Made by a program: the position numbers and the translations under genes | From: Escherichia phage VEc33 | Sequence record: NC_048818.1 | Strand: one strand, 5' to 3' | DNA: 64,000 nt | In this document: piece by piece, positions 15,582 through 25,645 of the stretch | Layout: each line of letters begins with the position of its first letter | How positions within the stretch are numbered: position 1 is the first letter of the stretch | The notes under the pieces: generated by a model | What the model was told of the DNA's origin: nothing | Database searches by the model: none | The model's input: only the letters and a program-made list of their open reading frames with translations

Positions 15582-16421
15582 TTAAGAGGACATTTTAGCT
15601 TTAAGAGCCGGATGCGGATCATATCCTTCAAGCTGGAAAGACCAAGCTGCCGTATTATTTTCTAATAAATCGTAAAGATCTACAAACTCTGGCATTACTA
15701 GAGTAGGTAAAGCACGAGGTTTACGTTTTACCTGTTCTTCTACCTGTTCCATGTGGTCATTATAGATATGAGTATCACCACCACTAAAGATAAGATAACG
15801 AGGTTTTAATCCTGTCAGTTTTGCTAATATATGCGTTAATAAAGCATAGCTAGCAATATTGAAAGGTAAACCGAGGAAACAATCCACCGAGCGTTGTGTC
15901 CATTTAAGATCTAGGTATCCATCGTTACTTACATAGCACTGGAAGCCATAGTGACAGGGTGGTAATGCCATTTTATCAAGTTCAGCTACATTCCATGCAG
16001 ATACTAGGTGTCTACGACCATGTGGATTATTCTTGAGACCCTCAATGAGTTCTAGGATCTGATCTCGTCCACCAAAGTTGCGCCATTGTTTACCATATAC
16101 TGGCCCTAGATTACCATTGTCATATCCCATACTTATGGCTTGGTCTTCATAATTTGGAGTCCAGATGGTCCACTGTCCTTCGTCACGCCCAAATGTGAAT
16201 ACTCGCAGATCATGGAGATTTGTAGATCCAGATAAAAACCATAAGAGTTCTCCAACTACCGACTTCCAAGCTAGACGTTTAGTGGTTACAGCTGGGAATC
16301 CCTCACGTAGATCGAACTTAGCATAGGAATCAAAAATTGAAACTGTGCCTGTTCCTGTACGATCGTTACGTGGTTCACCTAGTAGAATTACATCTGTTAG
16401 AATTTTTAAATATTGTTGCAT
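15582..16421 (-). CDS. thyA: thymidylate synthase
   Basis: 279 aa; NDRTGTGTVSIFD, PPCHYGFQCYV, LGLPFNIASYALLTHI. Confidence 0.9.
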   Translation of the reverse strand: MQQYLKILTDVILLGEPRNDRTGTGTVSIFDSYAKFDLREGFPAVTTKRLAWKSVVGELLWFLSGSTNLHDLRVFTFGRDEGQWTIWTPNYEDQAISMGYDNGNLGPVYGKQWRNFGGRDQILELIEGLKNNPHGRRHLVSAWNVAELDKMALPPCHYGFQCYVSNDGYLDLKWTQRSVDCFLGLPFNIASYALLTHILAKLTGLKPRYLIFSGGDTHIYNDHMEQVEEQVKRKPRALPTLVMPEFVDLYDLLENNTAAWSFQLEGYDPHPALKAKMSS

Positions 16422-16954
16422 TAATAAGTAACCAATTCCTGTACAAATCGCAGGCTGTTATCACTGTTTGCGCCAACTGCATAGACTAATCGAGTGGATT
16501 CATAGTTATAATCCAGTATCATACTATCTAGGTGTATATCTGCCTCTAGCTTCTGCTCGCTAAAGATTGTAGATACAAAAGCACTTTCAATATGCCCATG
16601 TTGGTACATTTCTAGAAGAAGATTAGCTCCACCTAGAACTACTGTTTGCTGATCTTTTAGAAAAGTAGGTAATGTATCACCTATCATTGATATGGGAGTG
16701 TAAATATCGTGTGTAATATCATCTGGCAGTGGACGATCAGCACGAATAAATAGGTCAGAAGCTCCAATCATACGTTCCCTAACGGCGTATGGAAGAGCTA
16801 AATAAGTACCTGCCCCAATAATAATATTATCAGGATTTAGTACATCTAATTGTGAATAAAAAGCATCTAGTTCTTCTTTAAAAGAACCCCAGGGAAGCTT
16901 ACCTCGGAGGCCGAACTCCCCATTCGGCCCAACTGCATACATTGCTGTAATCAT
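16421..16954 (-). CDS. frd: dihydrofolate reductase
   Basis: 177 aa; MITAMYAVGPNGEFGLRGKLPW, overlaps thyA start by 1 nt as in the T-even frd-td arrangement. Confidence 0.75.
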   Translation of the reverse strand: MITAMYAVGPNGEFGLRGKLPWGSFKEELDAFYSQLDVLNPDNIIIGAGTYLALPYAVRERMIGASDLFIRADRPLPDDITHDIYTPISMIGDTLPTFLKDQQTVVLGGANLLLEMYQHGHIESAFVSTIFSEQKLEADIHLDSMILDYNYESTRLVYAVGANSDNSLRFVQELVTY

Positions 16955-18096
16955 AGGAAATCTCCAAATTCATTGCCCAGATCTTTCAGAGTATCAGTAG
17001 AGGTCTCAGTTACCTGACCTACACGGTAAGCTGCACCAATCTGGATTTCTTGTGGAGCAGGCTGTAGAGAAGTAGTATCCAACCAGTTCATGATCCACGG
17101 AATAGGGTTTTTGGTGATTACTGGTAAGTGACTAGGCCATTCTACACCAATGTGTATAAATGCGTTACGTCCCACAAAGTACAAGTATTCTTCTAGAAGT
17201 TCTGCATTCAAACCAATCAGACTACGACCTTTGAAGATGAAATGACCCCATTCAATTTCAGTTTTCAGAGTTTTCAGGAGCTGTGCTGGTGCTTTAGCCA
17301 CTGCTTCATCTACCAGATCTTTGTCAAACTGCTGGAACATAATCTGGATGATTGTTTTAGACATCTGAGTATGTAGGGCTTCATCTTTAGCAATCAATTG
17401 CAGATTTTTAGCAATACCTTGCAGAATATCGTTCTCTGCTAACGCAAAGGTACATGCAAAGGATGCGTAGAACTGCATTGCTTCCAGACCGTAGATTGCA
17501 AAATAAGCATCTAACAGTTTAGCCTGAGTTTCACGCTTAACTTCAGGGAACTCAGTTTCTGGATATGTATTGTCACCACGATGATCACGTACTGCAATGA
17601 AATACTGACCTAACTGGTACAGTTCATCAAACAGTTCAACAGAATCTGCGATACGTGCAAATGCTTCTTGGTTTTTAGTTACAGAATCAATAAATTCTGC
17701 CGGATCAGTCAGCACATTACGGATAATGTTGCTATACGCACGGCTATGCAGGTCTTCGAAGTAGCTCCACTGTTTTAGCATTCCTTCCAGTTCAGGGCGG
17801 CTTACAAGTGGCATAATAGCTGCTTCAGGCGCTCGACTGATAAAGGAATCAGTTTGGGTCTGCCATGCTAAGTTCAGGAGTGTAATTTCCTGAATTTCAC
17901 GTGGGAGGTTGGGCCATTGTTTCTTATCTGCTTCCAGACTGATTTCAGTTTCAGTCCAAAATTGAGAGCGTTGCAGAAGTGCCAGACGCTCTAATTCTGG
18001 ATGGGCTACACGCACATAGTCTGCGATACCAAGAGAGTCTCCCAGGAAAAGATCAGCGTTAGTATGATCCCAGTTCAGGTTTAGTAAAGTAGTCAT
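16951..18096 (-). CDS. nrdB: ribonucleotide reductase class Ia beta subunit
   Basis: 381 aa; ferritin-like di-iron fold motifs, C-terminal tail; overlaps frd start. Confidence 0.85.
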   Translation of the reverse strand: MTTLLNLNWDHTNADLFLGDSLGIADYVRVAHPELERLALLQRSQFWTETEISLEADKKQWPNLPREIQEITLLNLAWQTQTDSFISRAPEAAIMPLVSRPELEGMLKQWSYFEDLHSRAYSNIIRNVLTDPAEFIDSVTKNQEAFARIADSVELFDELYQLGQYFIAVRDHRGDNTYPETEFPEVKRETQAKLLDAYFAIYGLEAMQFYASFACTFALAENDILQGIAKNLQLIAKDEALHTQMSKTIIQIMFQQFDKDLVDEAVAKAPAQLLKTLKTEIEWGHFIFKGRSLIGLNAELLEEYLYFVGRNAFIHIGVEWPSHLPVITKNPIPWIMNWLDTTSLQPAPQEIQIGAAYRVGQVTETSTDTLKDLGNEFGDFL

Positions 18097-18118
18097 TGAT
18101 TTTCCTCTTTCTCACTAT

Positions 18119-18147
18119 TTCAGGAATATTATAGCAAATCAGGTAGC
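18119..18147 (-). promoter_or_regulatory. sigma70-type promoter upstream of nrdB
   Basis: attata 18119-18124 and tagcaa 18142-18147. Confidence 0.5.
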
Positions 18148-18167
18148 GATTAGCAAGTAAAATTTCA

Positions 18168-18200
18168 AAGAAAAAGGAGACCCGAAGATCTCCTTGTTTT
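18168..18200 (-). terminator. hairpin terminator after nrdA (T-runs on both sides)
   Basis: AAGGAGA-CCCGAAGA-TCTCCTT stem-loop flanked by A-run and T-run. Confidence 0.5.
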
Positions 18201-18202
18201 TA

Positions 18203-20533
18203 TTATAACTGGCAACCACCAGAAGCACAACCCGCTGCTTCTTCTCCAGCCCCACCACCATTTGCAGTGTTGAAGTTTGCGTAGTACCAAGTTTTTATAC
18301 CGTACTTAACAGCAGTCATGAAATCACGAACTACTACTGGGCCAGGGATGATTTCATTCTCGAATTTAGAGTAATCATAATACATCTGGAAACTTGATGA
18401 CTGATTCAAGAATTTTTGGTAAACGGCGTTCCACTTGATCCACTCAGTGCGATCAATATCATAGGCCAGTTTATAGCTCATGAGAGTATCCCAATCGGTT
18501 GCACCTGGAGCAATTGCAATTACTTTATTCACTGCACTACCTTTGATAGATACAATCTTACGAGGTGGCTCAATTGAGTTGGTAACACCCAATAGTACAG
18601 AAGAGCTTTCTCCCGGCATCTGCGCAGTCAGAACAGAGTTACGCATACCGTATTTCAGAATATCTGCACGCAGAGATTCCCAGTCCATTTCTAGACCTAC
18701 GGATACCAGTTCATCAACAGTTTTCTTGTACGTGTCGATTACCAGAGTTCCTTTAGATGGTTTAGTACGATCGAACCATTCACATGCACCTTGCTCTTTG
18801 GCTAGACGTACAGAGGCTTTATGCAGGAAGTAAGACAGTTTTTCAGCCTCACGATGAATCCAGTTACGTGCTTCAACACCTTCGTAGGCCAAACCTTCCG
18901 CCGCCATTGCACCTGCTGCGTTCATCAGACCAATACCAACATTACGACGTTTCTTAGCCGTATATTCCATAGTTGGGAACGGATAATCCTGAATTTCAAT
19001 GATGGTATCAACGAATTTCAGAAGAATATAGCAAGTCTTTTCCCACTCAGCCAGAGATTCCATGCGTCCTAGTACAACACCACCTAAGTTACACAGAGAT
19101 ACTTCCCCAATATCCTCCGGCTTCATTTGATCAAGTTGTTCTTTTGTTTTATACAGTTCCGTGATATGATGGAACGGGCGTGTAGGCTGAGTAATTTCAA
19201 CACAAAGGTTTGTCATACGGATTGGATCAAGGAAGTTACCGTGACGATTAGATTCCCCGATGTGGTGTGCATACATACGTCCTGTTTCCATTCGGATACG
19301 TAGCCAAGTATCTAGGATTTCTTTTGCTGAGACTTTAGGAGCTGCTGGAACTGTTTTTCCTTCGTGGTCGATCTTTGTAAGAGATGCCACACGTTTCTCC
19401 GCTGCCACATAGATTTCTTCAAATTTAGCCTCGTCATCACTATAAAACGCTTCATGAACTTCTGGAGCATAGAAGTATGACATTAGCGTAATATCTTCAT
19501 TTTTCAGATAACGTTTTAACAAAAGATTGTTGAAGCTCAGAGAATAATCCATCTTATCGATTTTATTCTCATCTGTAGCACGTTGTTGCTTAACCTGCAT
19601 CAATTGAATGATTTCAGGGTCAAAGTATGGATAAGACACTGTAGCAGAACCACCACGAGTTTGCTGAGTATTGGCCTTTACTGAGCGGTCAATGTGTCGA
19701 TAATATGGCAGTTTTCCGGAATGCGGGAATGCCCCATTTCGCACCGGATCAGCAATTGATCGGCTTTCAAGATGATACCCGATTCCAGCTCTGGCTGCGA
19801 CCATTTTGAAGACGATGTGCTCGGCTGTGTCGATTGAATCCAACGTGTCAGTGGAATCCACGAGGCAGCAACTAGCAAATCCACGGTCACTAGAACGCAA
19901 ACCAACCAGTGGCGGCGTAGGAACGTTGATTTTGTGGAGCGACATTGCATTGTAGAGATCGATTGCATCTAGAATTGTCCAGTTGGGTTGAGATAACATC
20001 GCCATTGCCATGCCCATATAGGCAAATTGCGGGGTTTCGTAAATTTCGCCAGTTGCGATATTACGACGAGAATACTTATCAAAGAATTGTTTCAATCCTC
20101 CGCTAGTGAAAAGACGGTCGCGATCATGGTCGATAACCTGATTCAGAGCTTCAAATTGCTCATCGGTAATCCATGCACTCATGTCTTCCCATGCACCTAC
20201 ACTAACCATATGATCGTGGAAAAAGCGCAGAGAAGGTGGTTCGAAGGAATCATAAAGGCGTTTACGCATTTGCGCAAGACGTAATTCCTTTGCTGGCACG
20301 TCGTATGCTGGATTATCTTTGATAAGACTTTCAGCAGCCTTAATTAAAGCATCCATCAGAGTGTCGGAATCTACAATCCCCTTAGGTAGAGTTTTTTGAG
20401 CAGCCATAGTAATGGCTGACCAACTTACATCAACTGTTTTGCAACCATACTCTGCCCAACCATTGAGTTTTTCAGGAGCAAAGTCTTCTACAGTACCGTC
20501 ACGTTTAATTACTTTTTCGATGCGATGGCTCAT
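18203..20533 (-). CDS. nrdA: ribonucleotide reductase class Ia alpha subunit
   Basis: 776 aa from ATG 20533 (MSHRIEKVIKRDG, ATP-cone) with AGGAAAA RBS; track ORF extends 35 codons upstream without RBS. Confidence 0.9.
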   Translation of the reverse strand: MSHRIEKVIKRDGTVEDFAPEKLNGWAEYGCKTVDVSWSAITMAAQKTLPKGIVDSDTLMDALIKAAESLIKDNPAYDVPAKELRLAQMRKRLYDSFEPPSLRFFHDHMVSVGAWEDMSAWITDEQFEALNQVIDHDRDRLFTSGGLKQFFDKYSRRNIATGEIYETPQFAYMGMAMAMLSQPNWTILDAIDLYNAMSLHKINVPTPPLVGLRSSDRGFASCCLVDSTDTLDSIDTAEHIVFKMVAARAGIGYHLESRSIADPVRNGAFPHSGKLPYYRHIDRSVKANTQQTRGGSATVSYPYFDPEIIQLMQVKQQRATDENKIDKMDYSLSFNNLLLKRYLKNEDITLMSYFYAPEVHEAFYSDDEAKFEEIYVAAEKRVASLTKIDHEGKTVPAAPKVSAKEILDTWLRIRMETGRMYAHHIGESNRHGNFLDPIRMTNLCVEITQPTRPFHHITELYKTKEQLDQMKPEDIGEVSLCNLGGVVLGRMESLAEWEKTCYILLKFVDTIIEIQDYPFPTMEYTAKKRRNVGIGLMNAAGAMAAEGLAYEGVEARNWIHREAEKLSYFLHKASVRLAKEQGACEWFDRTKPSKGTLVIDTYKKTVDELVSVGLEMDWESLRADILKYGMRNSVLTAQMPGESSSVLLGVTNSIEPPRKIVSIKGSAVNKVIAIAPGATDWDTLMSYKLAYDIDRTEWIKWNAVYQKFLNQSSSFQMYYDYSKFENEIIPGPVVVRDFMTAVKYGIKTWYYANFNTANGGGAGEEAAGCASGGCQL

Positions 20534-20677
20534 TTGGTTTTCCTTTTTATAGTTATCAGGATTTAGGAAATAGTTTACTTTATTCTCAGTCATTTGGCAA
20601 ATAAAATTTTCTGATAGAAAAGGCCCGAGTATTTTCATACCCAGGCCTTCTGTGTTGTCAGTCTAGTTTTTGGCCAC

Positions 20678-20875
20678 TTAAGTTCTCAGCAGAATATCTA
20701 TTGAGGTACTTAGTTCATTATAATTGAAGGGCCGATTTGGATTTGAGGTTACAATTTTCCACGCTAGGGTAGTCTTAGGACTATCTTCCCCTTCCTTACG
20801 TGTAATCATATTAGCAGCACTCAGTGAAGTACGATGTATTTTTGTTTTACGGTGTAGATGTACGACGTTTCCCAT
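20678..20875 (-). CDS. hypothetical protein
   Basis: 65 aa from ATG 20875, coupled to phoH stop (TAATATG). Confidence 0.35.
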   Translation of the reverse strand: MGNVVHLHRKTKIHRTSLSAANMITRKEGEDSPKTTLAWKIVTSNPNRPFNYNELSTSIDILLRT

Positions 20876-20876
20876 A

Positions 20877-21638
20877 TTACACCTTCCCCATGTCTTTAAA
20901 AATATCGTAGAATGCTTTAGACTCAGCAGAACGAACGTTATCAATCAATTCGATCATTGAGAATGGAGCATTTTCATATTTCTCATAAACTTCCATAAGA
21001 AGAGCTAGACCTGAGTCACCTTTAATATCTTTCTGAGCTATATCTCCGCAGATAATTAAACGGCAGTCTTGTCCTACACGAGTTAGGAGACAAACCATTG
21101 CCTCAACGGAAATATTCTGAGCTTCATCGACAATTACATAGGAGTTGTTGAAAGTTCTGCCACGAGCATGTTCTATAGCCAAAAATTTAATTTTCTGACG
21201 TTCGACATATCCCTTATAGGCATGATCACCGATGGCCCATTTCATACCATCAGCTATTGGCTCCAACCAAGGCTCTAGCTTTTCTGCTAGATCACCAGGA
21301 AGCATACCAAGAGACTTACCTAGAGGTTCATTAGGACGTACGAGGATCACTTGCTCAATATCTGAGTGAATGTCTACGAGTTCCTGAGCTGCAAGAACAG
21401 ACGGGATAAAGGTTTTACCTGTACCTGGCTCACCGATACCCACAGTCACTGTGTTGTTCTTGATCATATTGATATATGATTTTTGCTCTCGGTTTTTACC
21501 TACTAGGGATTTAGCAACTGGGTTAGCGTAATCATTAGAAAAATCAGCCTGAATTACGTTATTCTCATATTTGTTGCCACGCTTTCTTGAACCATTGCGG
21601 TTCTCTCTTTTTTGACGTGCTTTTCCCATAAATAACAC
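20877..21638 (-). CDS. phoH: PhoH-like ATPase
   Basis: 253 aa; Walker A GEPGTGKTF, Walker B VIVDEAQN. Confidence 0.85.
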   Translation of the reverse strand: MLFMGKARQKRENRNGSRKRGNKYENNVIQADFSNDYANPVAKSLVGKNREQKSYINMIKNNTVTVGIGEPGTGKTFIPSVLAAQELVDIHSDIEQVILVRPNEPLGKSLGMLPGDLAEKLEPWLEPIADGMKWAIGDHAYKGYVERQKIKFLAIEHARGRTFNNSYVIVDEAQNISVEAMVCLLTRVGQDCRLIICGDIAQKDIKGDSGLALLMEVYEKYENAPFSMIELIDNVRSAESKAFYDIFKDMGKV

Positions 21639-21702
21639 TCCTATAGTGTACTTCGCTAACAGAGGATCAACAAAAAGATCTTGTTTATCAACTTACAAAT
21701 AT

Positions 21703-21731
21703 ATTATACCAGTATATGCAGTAAAAAGCAA
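21703..21731 (-). promoter_or_regulatory. sigma70-type promoter for the phoH operon
   Basis: attata 21703-21708 and aagcaa 21726-21731. Confidence 0.5.
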
Positions 21732-21843
21732 CTACAATTTTAAATAAGCCTATGATATTGCATTTAAATAAAAAATTTGCTTGCTTTTAACTGGAAATGT
21801 ATGGTATTAGATAATCATTTTATACCGCGTACATAGGCGCGTG

Positions 21844-21872
21844 ATTATACTATTTTAAGTACAAAATAGCAA
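21844..21872 (-). promoter_or_regulatory. second upstream minus-strand promoter in the divergent hub
   Basis: attata 21844-21849 and tagcaa 21867-21872. Confidence 0.45.
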
Positions 21873-21942
21873 ATAAATTTTTTAACAATTTGCTAACTTT
21901 TTAGCACAGATCAAAATACAATATCTAAGAGAAAAATTATAT

Positions 21943-21970
21943 TGACATTTGCCCTTGAATAAGCTATAAT
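21943..21970 (+). promoter_or_regulatory. consensus sigma70 promoter for nrdD (TTGACA-16-TATAAT)
   Basis: TTGACA 21943-21948, TATAAT 21965-21970, about 30 nt before the RBS AAAGGAGGG. Confidence 0.6.
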
Positions 21971-21999
21971 AGTAGTCTTAGTTAGAAAAGGAGGGTATA

Positions 22000-23874
22000 A
22001 TGAATCGCAATGATGAACTAAAATACAAGGAAATGCAGTCCTTGATTAGAAACTGCAAAGAAATTATTGAGGGTTCTGCTGATGAAGAGCTTCTCTTTAA
22101 TAATGCGAATAAACCCTCTGAGCGTTTCCCTACACAAAGGGATATGCTCGCAGGGGAATTGAGTAAATATCTGATTCTAGAAGAAATGCCAGTTCAGATT
22201 CGAAATGCTCATATGATTGGAGATATTCATTTCCATGATGCTGATTACGCTGCTTTAGGCATGACTAACTGTTGCCTAGTAGCCCTGGAAGATATGTTGA
22301 AAAATGGTATGAAAGTTGGTAATGCTGAAATTAGCACTCCAAACTCTATCACTACTGCGGCTGCTATTACAGCTCAGATTATCACACAGGTTAGCTCCCA
22401 TCAGTATGGGGGTACTTCTGTAGACCGATTAGATGAAGTATTGGCTCCTTATGTTCGTAAGTCTTATGATAAGAATCATGCGTTTGCAAAACGTTGGACT
22501 AAGGATGAAGCCAAAGCATCAGTAATGGCTACGGAGATGACTGAAAAAGAAGTCTATGATGCTTGTCAGGGTCTAGAGTATGAAATCAATACGATGTTCA
22601 ACTCTAATGGTCAGAGTCCATTTATTACCTTTGGTTTTGGTCTAGGAACTTCTTGGGAAGCACGTCTAGTACAGAAAGCAATACTGAAAGTACGTATGGA
22701 TGGCTTAGGTATCAATAAACGTACAGCTATCTTTCCGAAACTGGTGTTTGTTCTGCGTGATGGCGTAAATATGAAGCCAGGGGATGTTAATTATGACATC
22801 AAGAAGTTAGCTATGAAATGTACTGCTGAACGTATGTATCCAGACTATATCAGCTATGATAAGGTTGTGGAAGTTACTGGTGACTATAAAGTTTCTATGG
22901 GCTGCCGTTCATTCCTAGCTGCTGCAGAAGATGGTGAAACTGCCGGTCGTAATAACTTAGGTGTTGTTTCTGTAAACTTGCCTAGAATTGCTATCGAAGC
23001 TGAAGGGAATATTGATCTATTCTTTGATTTGCTTGAGCTACGTGTTGATACAGCGTTAAAAGCGTTGGAGTGGAGAGTTGATCGCTTAAAATACATTCAA
23101 GCTAAAGCCGCGCCCATCCTCTATATGTCAGGAGCCTTTGGGTTACGCTTAGGGCCTGATGAATATGTATTCGATCATTTCTATAACCGTGCTTCTGTAT
23201 CTCTGGGGTATATTGGTTGCCATGAAATGCTACAGTTCATGTTTGGCAAAGATGTAGACACAATGTCCGAGACTTGCATCAAGTTTGTTCAGCGTGTATT
23301 GCAGTACATGCGAGATAGAGTCGATCAGAAGAAGGAAGAGACTAAGTTAGGTTATAGCCTGTATGCTACACCGTCAGAGTCCCTATGCGATCGGTTTTGT
23401 CGTCTAGACCGTGAATATTTCCCGGAGCATGAAGATATTCTGTCTAAAGGATACTACACTAACTCGCACCACCTTGATGTAGAACGCAAAGTTGCTCCCA
23501 ATGTGAAATTTGATTATGAATCTAATTTTACTCCGATTGCTTCTGGTGGGTGCATTTCCTATGTAGAACTACCAGATATGAAACGATTCCCAGATGCACT
23601 GGAATGGGTTATTAATTATGCTGCTAGTAAAGTTCATTACTTCGGTATTAATACTCCAGTGGATTCTTGTAGTAAATGTGGATTCTTAGGTGAAACAATA
23701 GCATCTGAAGATGGATTTAAGTGCCCTATCTGTGGTAATCATGACCCCGAAACTCTTGAAGTAACTCGTCGAGTTTGTGGGTATCTTGGAAATCCGGGTG
23801 CTCGTCCATTTAACCCCGGCAAACAGCACGAGGTGATGGGCAGAGTGAAACATCAGGATATTCGAGCTAAATAA
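22000..23874 (+). CDS. nrdD: anaerobic ribonucleoside-triphosphate reductase (class III)
   Basis: 624 aa; C-terminal Zn ribbon CSKCGF...CPICG and glycyl-radical motif RVCGYLG. Confidence 0.9.
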   Translation: MNRNDELKYKEMQSLIRNCKEIIEGSADEELLFNNANKPSERFPTQRDMLAGELSKYLILEEMPVQIRNAHMIGDIHFHDADYAALGMTNCCLVALEDMLKNGMKVGNAEISTPNSITTAAAITAQIITQVSSHQYGGTSVDRLDEVLAPYVRKSYDKNHAFAKRWTKDEAKASVMATEMTEKEVYDACQGLEYEINTMFNSNGQSPFITFGFGLGTSWEARLVQKAILKVRMDGLGINKRTAIFPKLVFVLRDGVNMKPGDVNYDIKKLAMKCTAERMYPDYISYDKVVEVTGDYKVSMGCRSFLAAAEDGETAGRNNLGVVSVNLPRIAIEAEGNIDLFFDLLELRVDTALKALEWRVDRLKYIQAKAAPILYMSGAFGLRLGPDEYVFDHFYNRASVSLGYIGCHEMLQFMFGKDVDTMSETCIKFVQRVLQYMRDRVDQKKEETKLGYSLYATPSESLCDRFCRLDREYFPEHEDILSKGYYTNSHHLDVERKVAPNVKFDYESNFTPIASGGCISYVELPDMKRFPDALEWVINYAASKVHYFGINTPVDSCSKCGFLGETIASEDGFKCPICGNHDPETLEVTRRVCGYLGNPGARPFNPGKQHEVMGRVKHQDIRAK

Positions 23875-23881
23875 GCTAATC

Positions 23882-23916
23882 AGCCGGGTTGCTAGTCGAC
23901 CTGGCTTTTATTTTAT
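23882..23916 (+). terminator. rho-independent terminator after nrdD
   Basis: hairpin AGCCGGGT...ACCTGGCT followed by TTTTATTTTATTT. Confidence 0.6.
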
Positions 23917-23945
23917 TTGCTTTCAGCCAAAAATTTATATATAAT
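23917..23945 (+). promoter_or_regulatory. sigma70-type early promoter (TTGCTT-17-TATAAT)
   Basis: TTGCTT 23917-23922, TATAAT 23940-23945, then conserved TTTATAAATTTGAGAGGAG leader. Confidence 0.55.
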
Positions 23946-23973
23946 AGATTTATAAATTTGAGAGGAGAAAGCT

Positions 23974-24264
23974 ATGAGCGAGTTGCTTCCTAAAGTAGAT
24001 GTCTCCCATCTTGGGGAGCCTAGTGAAGAACGTAAGGCTCTAGATTGGTTGGGTGGATTTGATTATCGTCGTGTTGTTGCAACATGGAATGATAAGAATG
24101 ATAAGAAAGTTAAGAAGTTTCGGGTACATTATGTAGGTAAAGACAAGTGGCTCTGGATTGATTATGAAGAATCAAAGGGGTCTACTAAGGCTGTGAAAAT
24201 TTATTGTATGTATGGGTATTATTATGCTCACTGTGATAAGAATGAATTTACAGTACAGAACTAA
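23974..24264 (+). CDS. hypothetical protein
   Basis: 96 aa ORF downstream of promoter and RBS. Confidence 0.5.
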   Translation: MSELLPKVDVSHLGEPSEERKALDWLGGFDYRRVVATWNDKNDKKVKKFRVHYVGKDKWLWIDYEESKGSTKAVKIYCMYGYYYAHCDKNEFTVQN

Positions 24265-24273
24265 GGAACAAGA

Positions 24274-24477
24274 ATGAAAAACGTAAAACATCTTAAATAT
24301 CGCTTAATTTACAACGGACGTATGGAAACAGAAGATCTGGCCCAATTAGCTATTACTTCTAATGAGGTTACGGTGCGTGCTCTGGCAATTGAAAAGTTGC
24401 GTGCCTCTTATGAAAATCGTGTTATGGAACTGGAGGAGAAACTTTATGGACTTCTTGAATCAGAATCTAAAAAGTAA
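24274..24477 (+). CDS. hypothetical protein
   Basis: 67 aa; RBS AAGGAACAAGA. Confidence 0.45.
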   Translation: MKNVKHLKYRLIYNGRMETEDLAQLAITSNEVTVRALAIEKLRASYENRVMELEEKLYGLLESESKK

Positions 24478-24640
24478 TCCAGAAAACATGCTTATTGAGC
24501 AATGGAACTTTGGTTATAATGCTGGTGTAGCTACTTGTATTGCTAGATTGGATACGCTTATTAAGCAAGAAAAGGTACGCCCTGAGGAAGCAATTTTACT
24601 CCGAAATATTATCGAAGGATTTAAGCAAGGAATCGTATAG
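24446..24640 (+). CDS. hypothetical protein
   Basis: 64 aa from ATG 24446 with GGAGGAG RBS; overlaps previous ORF end. Confidence 0.4.
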   Translation: MDFLNQNLKSNPENMLIEQWNFGYNAGVATCIARLDTLIKQEKVRPEEAILLRNIIEGFKQGIV

Positions 24641-25476
24641 TGCGTAGATTAATTATTATTAGCGGTGCAGGTTTGAGTGTTGAAAGTGGTGTACGAGCTT
24701 TTCGTACTGATACTGCTAGTGGTAAAGCATTGTGGGATGATTATGATCTAGAAGAAGTATGTAATATTCATGCCTTTCGTGGTAATTTTTATCATAAAAC
24801 CCATATGTTTTACAACAAACGTCGTGAAGAGCTAAAAACTGTTGAACCCAATCTTGCACATTTGCGTATTGGTGAATGGTATAAACAATATCCAGGTCAA
24901 GTAGTAAACTTGACTACCAACGTTGATGACCTTATTGAGCGTGCTGGCGTTCCACATAGTGACATTCTGCACATTCACGGATATTTAAAAGAGGTTGTTG
25001 TAGCTGATAGCTACAATAGTAGCAATAAACGGATTATTGATGTAGGGTATAATTCTATTGATCCAGATGATTATAAATGGGTTAAACCTAATGTAATCTT
25101 CTTTGGAGAACATGCTCCTGCATACGCAGAAATGTATAATGTTTTTGATGGTATTACCAGTCAAGATATGATCATTGTGGTTGGTTGCTCTAATCAAGTA
25201 ATTAACTTCTACTGGGAATTATTTCCTGTTCTTAATTTGACTGCTGCCAAACTAATGGTAGTTAACTACTATGATAGTGCCATAGCAGCAGAGCCAGGCT
25301 ATCAAGGTATGACTCGTAGTGAGATGTACCAACTGGAAGATCGTGGTATTCCTTACTGGAGTAATGGTGCGGTAGATGCTTTTAGTGACCCTGATTTTAT
25401 TGCTCGTGTGGAAGCCCATTTAGAGGGTAGACCTTATGTGCCGGAGAGAAGGGGAAACAGATATGTCCATAGTTAA
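24640..25476 (+). CDS. Sir2-family (sirtuin-like) NAD-dependent enzyme lacking the canonical Cys4 zinc ribbon
   Basis: 278 aa, GTG start after AAGGAA; GAGLSVESGVRAFR, TTNVDDL, HIHG; no CxxC...CxxC. Confidence 0.65.
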   Translation: MRRLIIISGAGLSVESGVRAFRTDTASGKALWDDYDLEEVCNIHAFRGNFYHKTHMFYNKRREELKTVEPNLAHLRIGEWYKQYPGQVVNLTTNVDDLIERAGVPHSDILHIHGYLKEVVVADSYNSSNKRIIDVGYNSIDPDDYKWVKPNVIFFGEHAPAYAEMYNVFDGITSQDMIIVVGCSNQVINFYWELFPVLNLTAAKLMVVNYYDSAIAAEPGYQGMTRSEMYQLEDRGIPYWSNGAVDAFSDPDFIARVEAHLEGRPYVPERRGNRYVHS

Positions 25477-25645
25477 ATCTGTTTATACACATCCCGATGA
25501 TATATTTGTATGGGCGGACGGTAGTTGGTGCTATCGCTGTGAGCTATGGGAAATGGACTATAAATCCGATGATTATGGTGTCATATATGTTGATACGGTT
25601 GAGTATGATACGTTCTTAGAAAGGGACAAAAATGGAAATAAGTAA
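25463..25645 (+). CDS. hypothetical small protein
   Basis: 60 aa from ATG 25463 with AGGGGAAA RBS. Confidence 0.35.
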   Translation: MSIVKSVYTHPDDIFVWADGSWCYRCELWEMDYKSDDYGVIYVDTVEYDTFLERDKNGNK

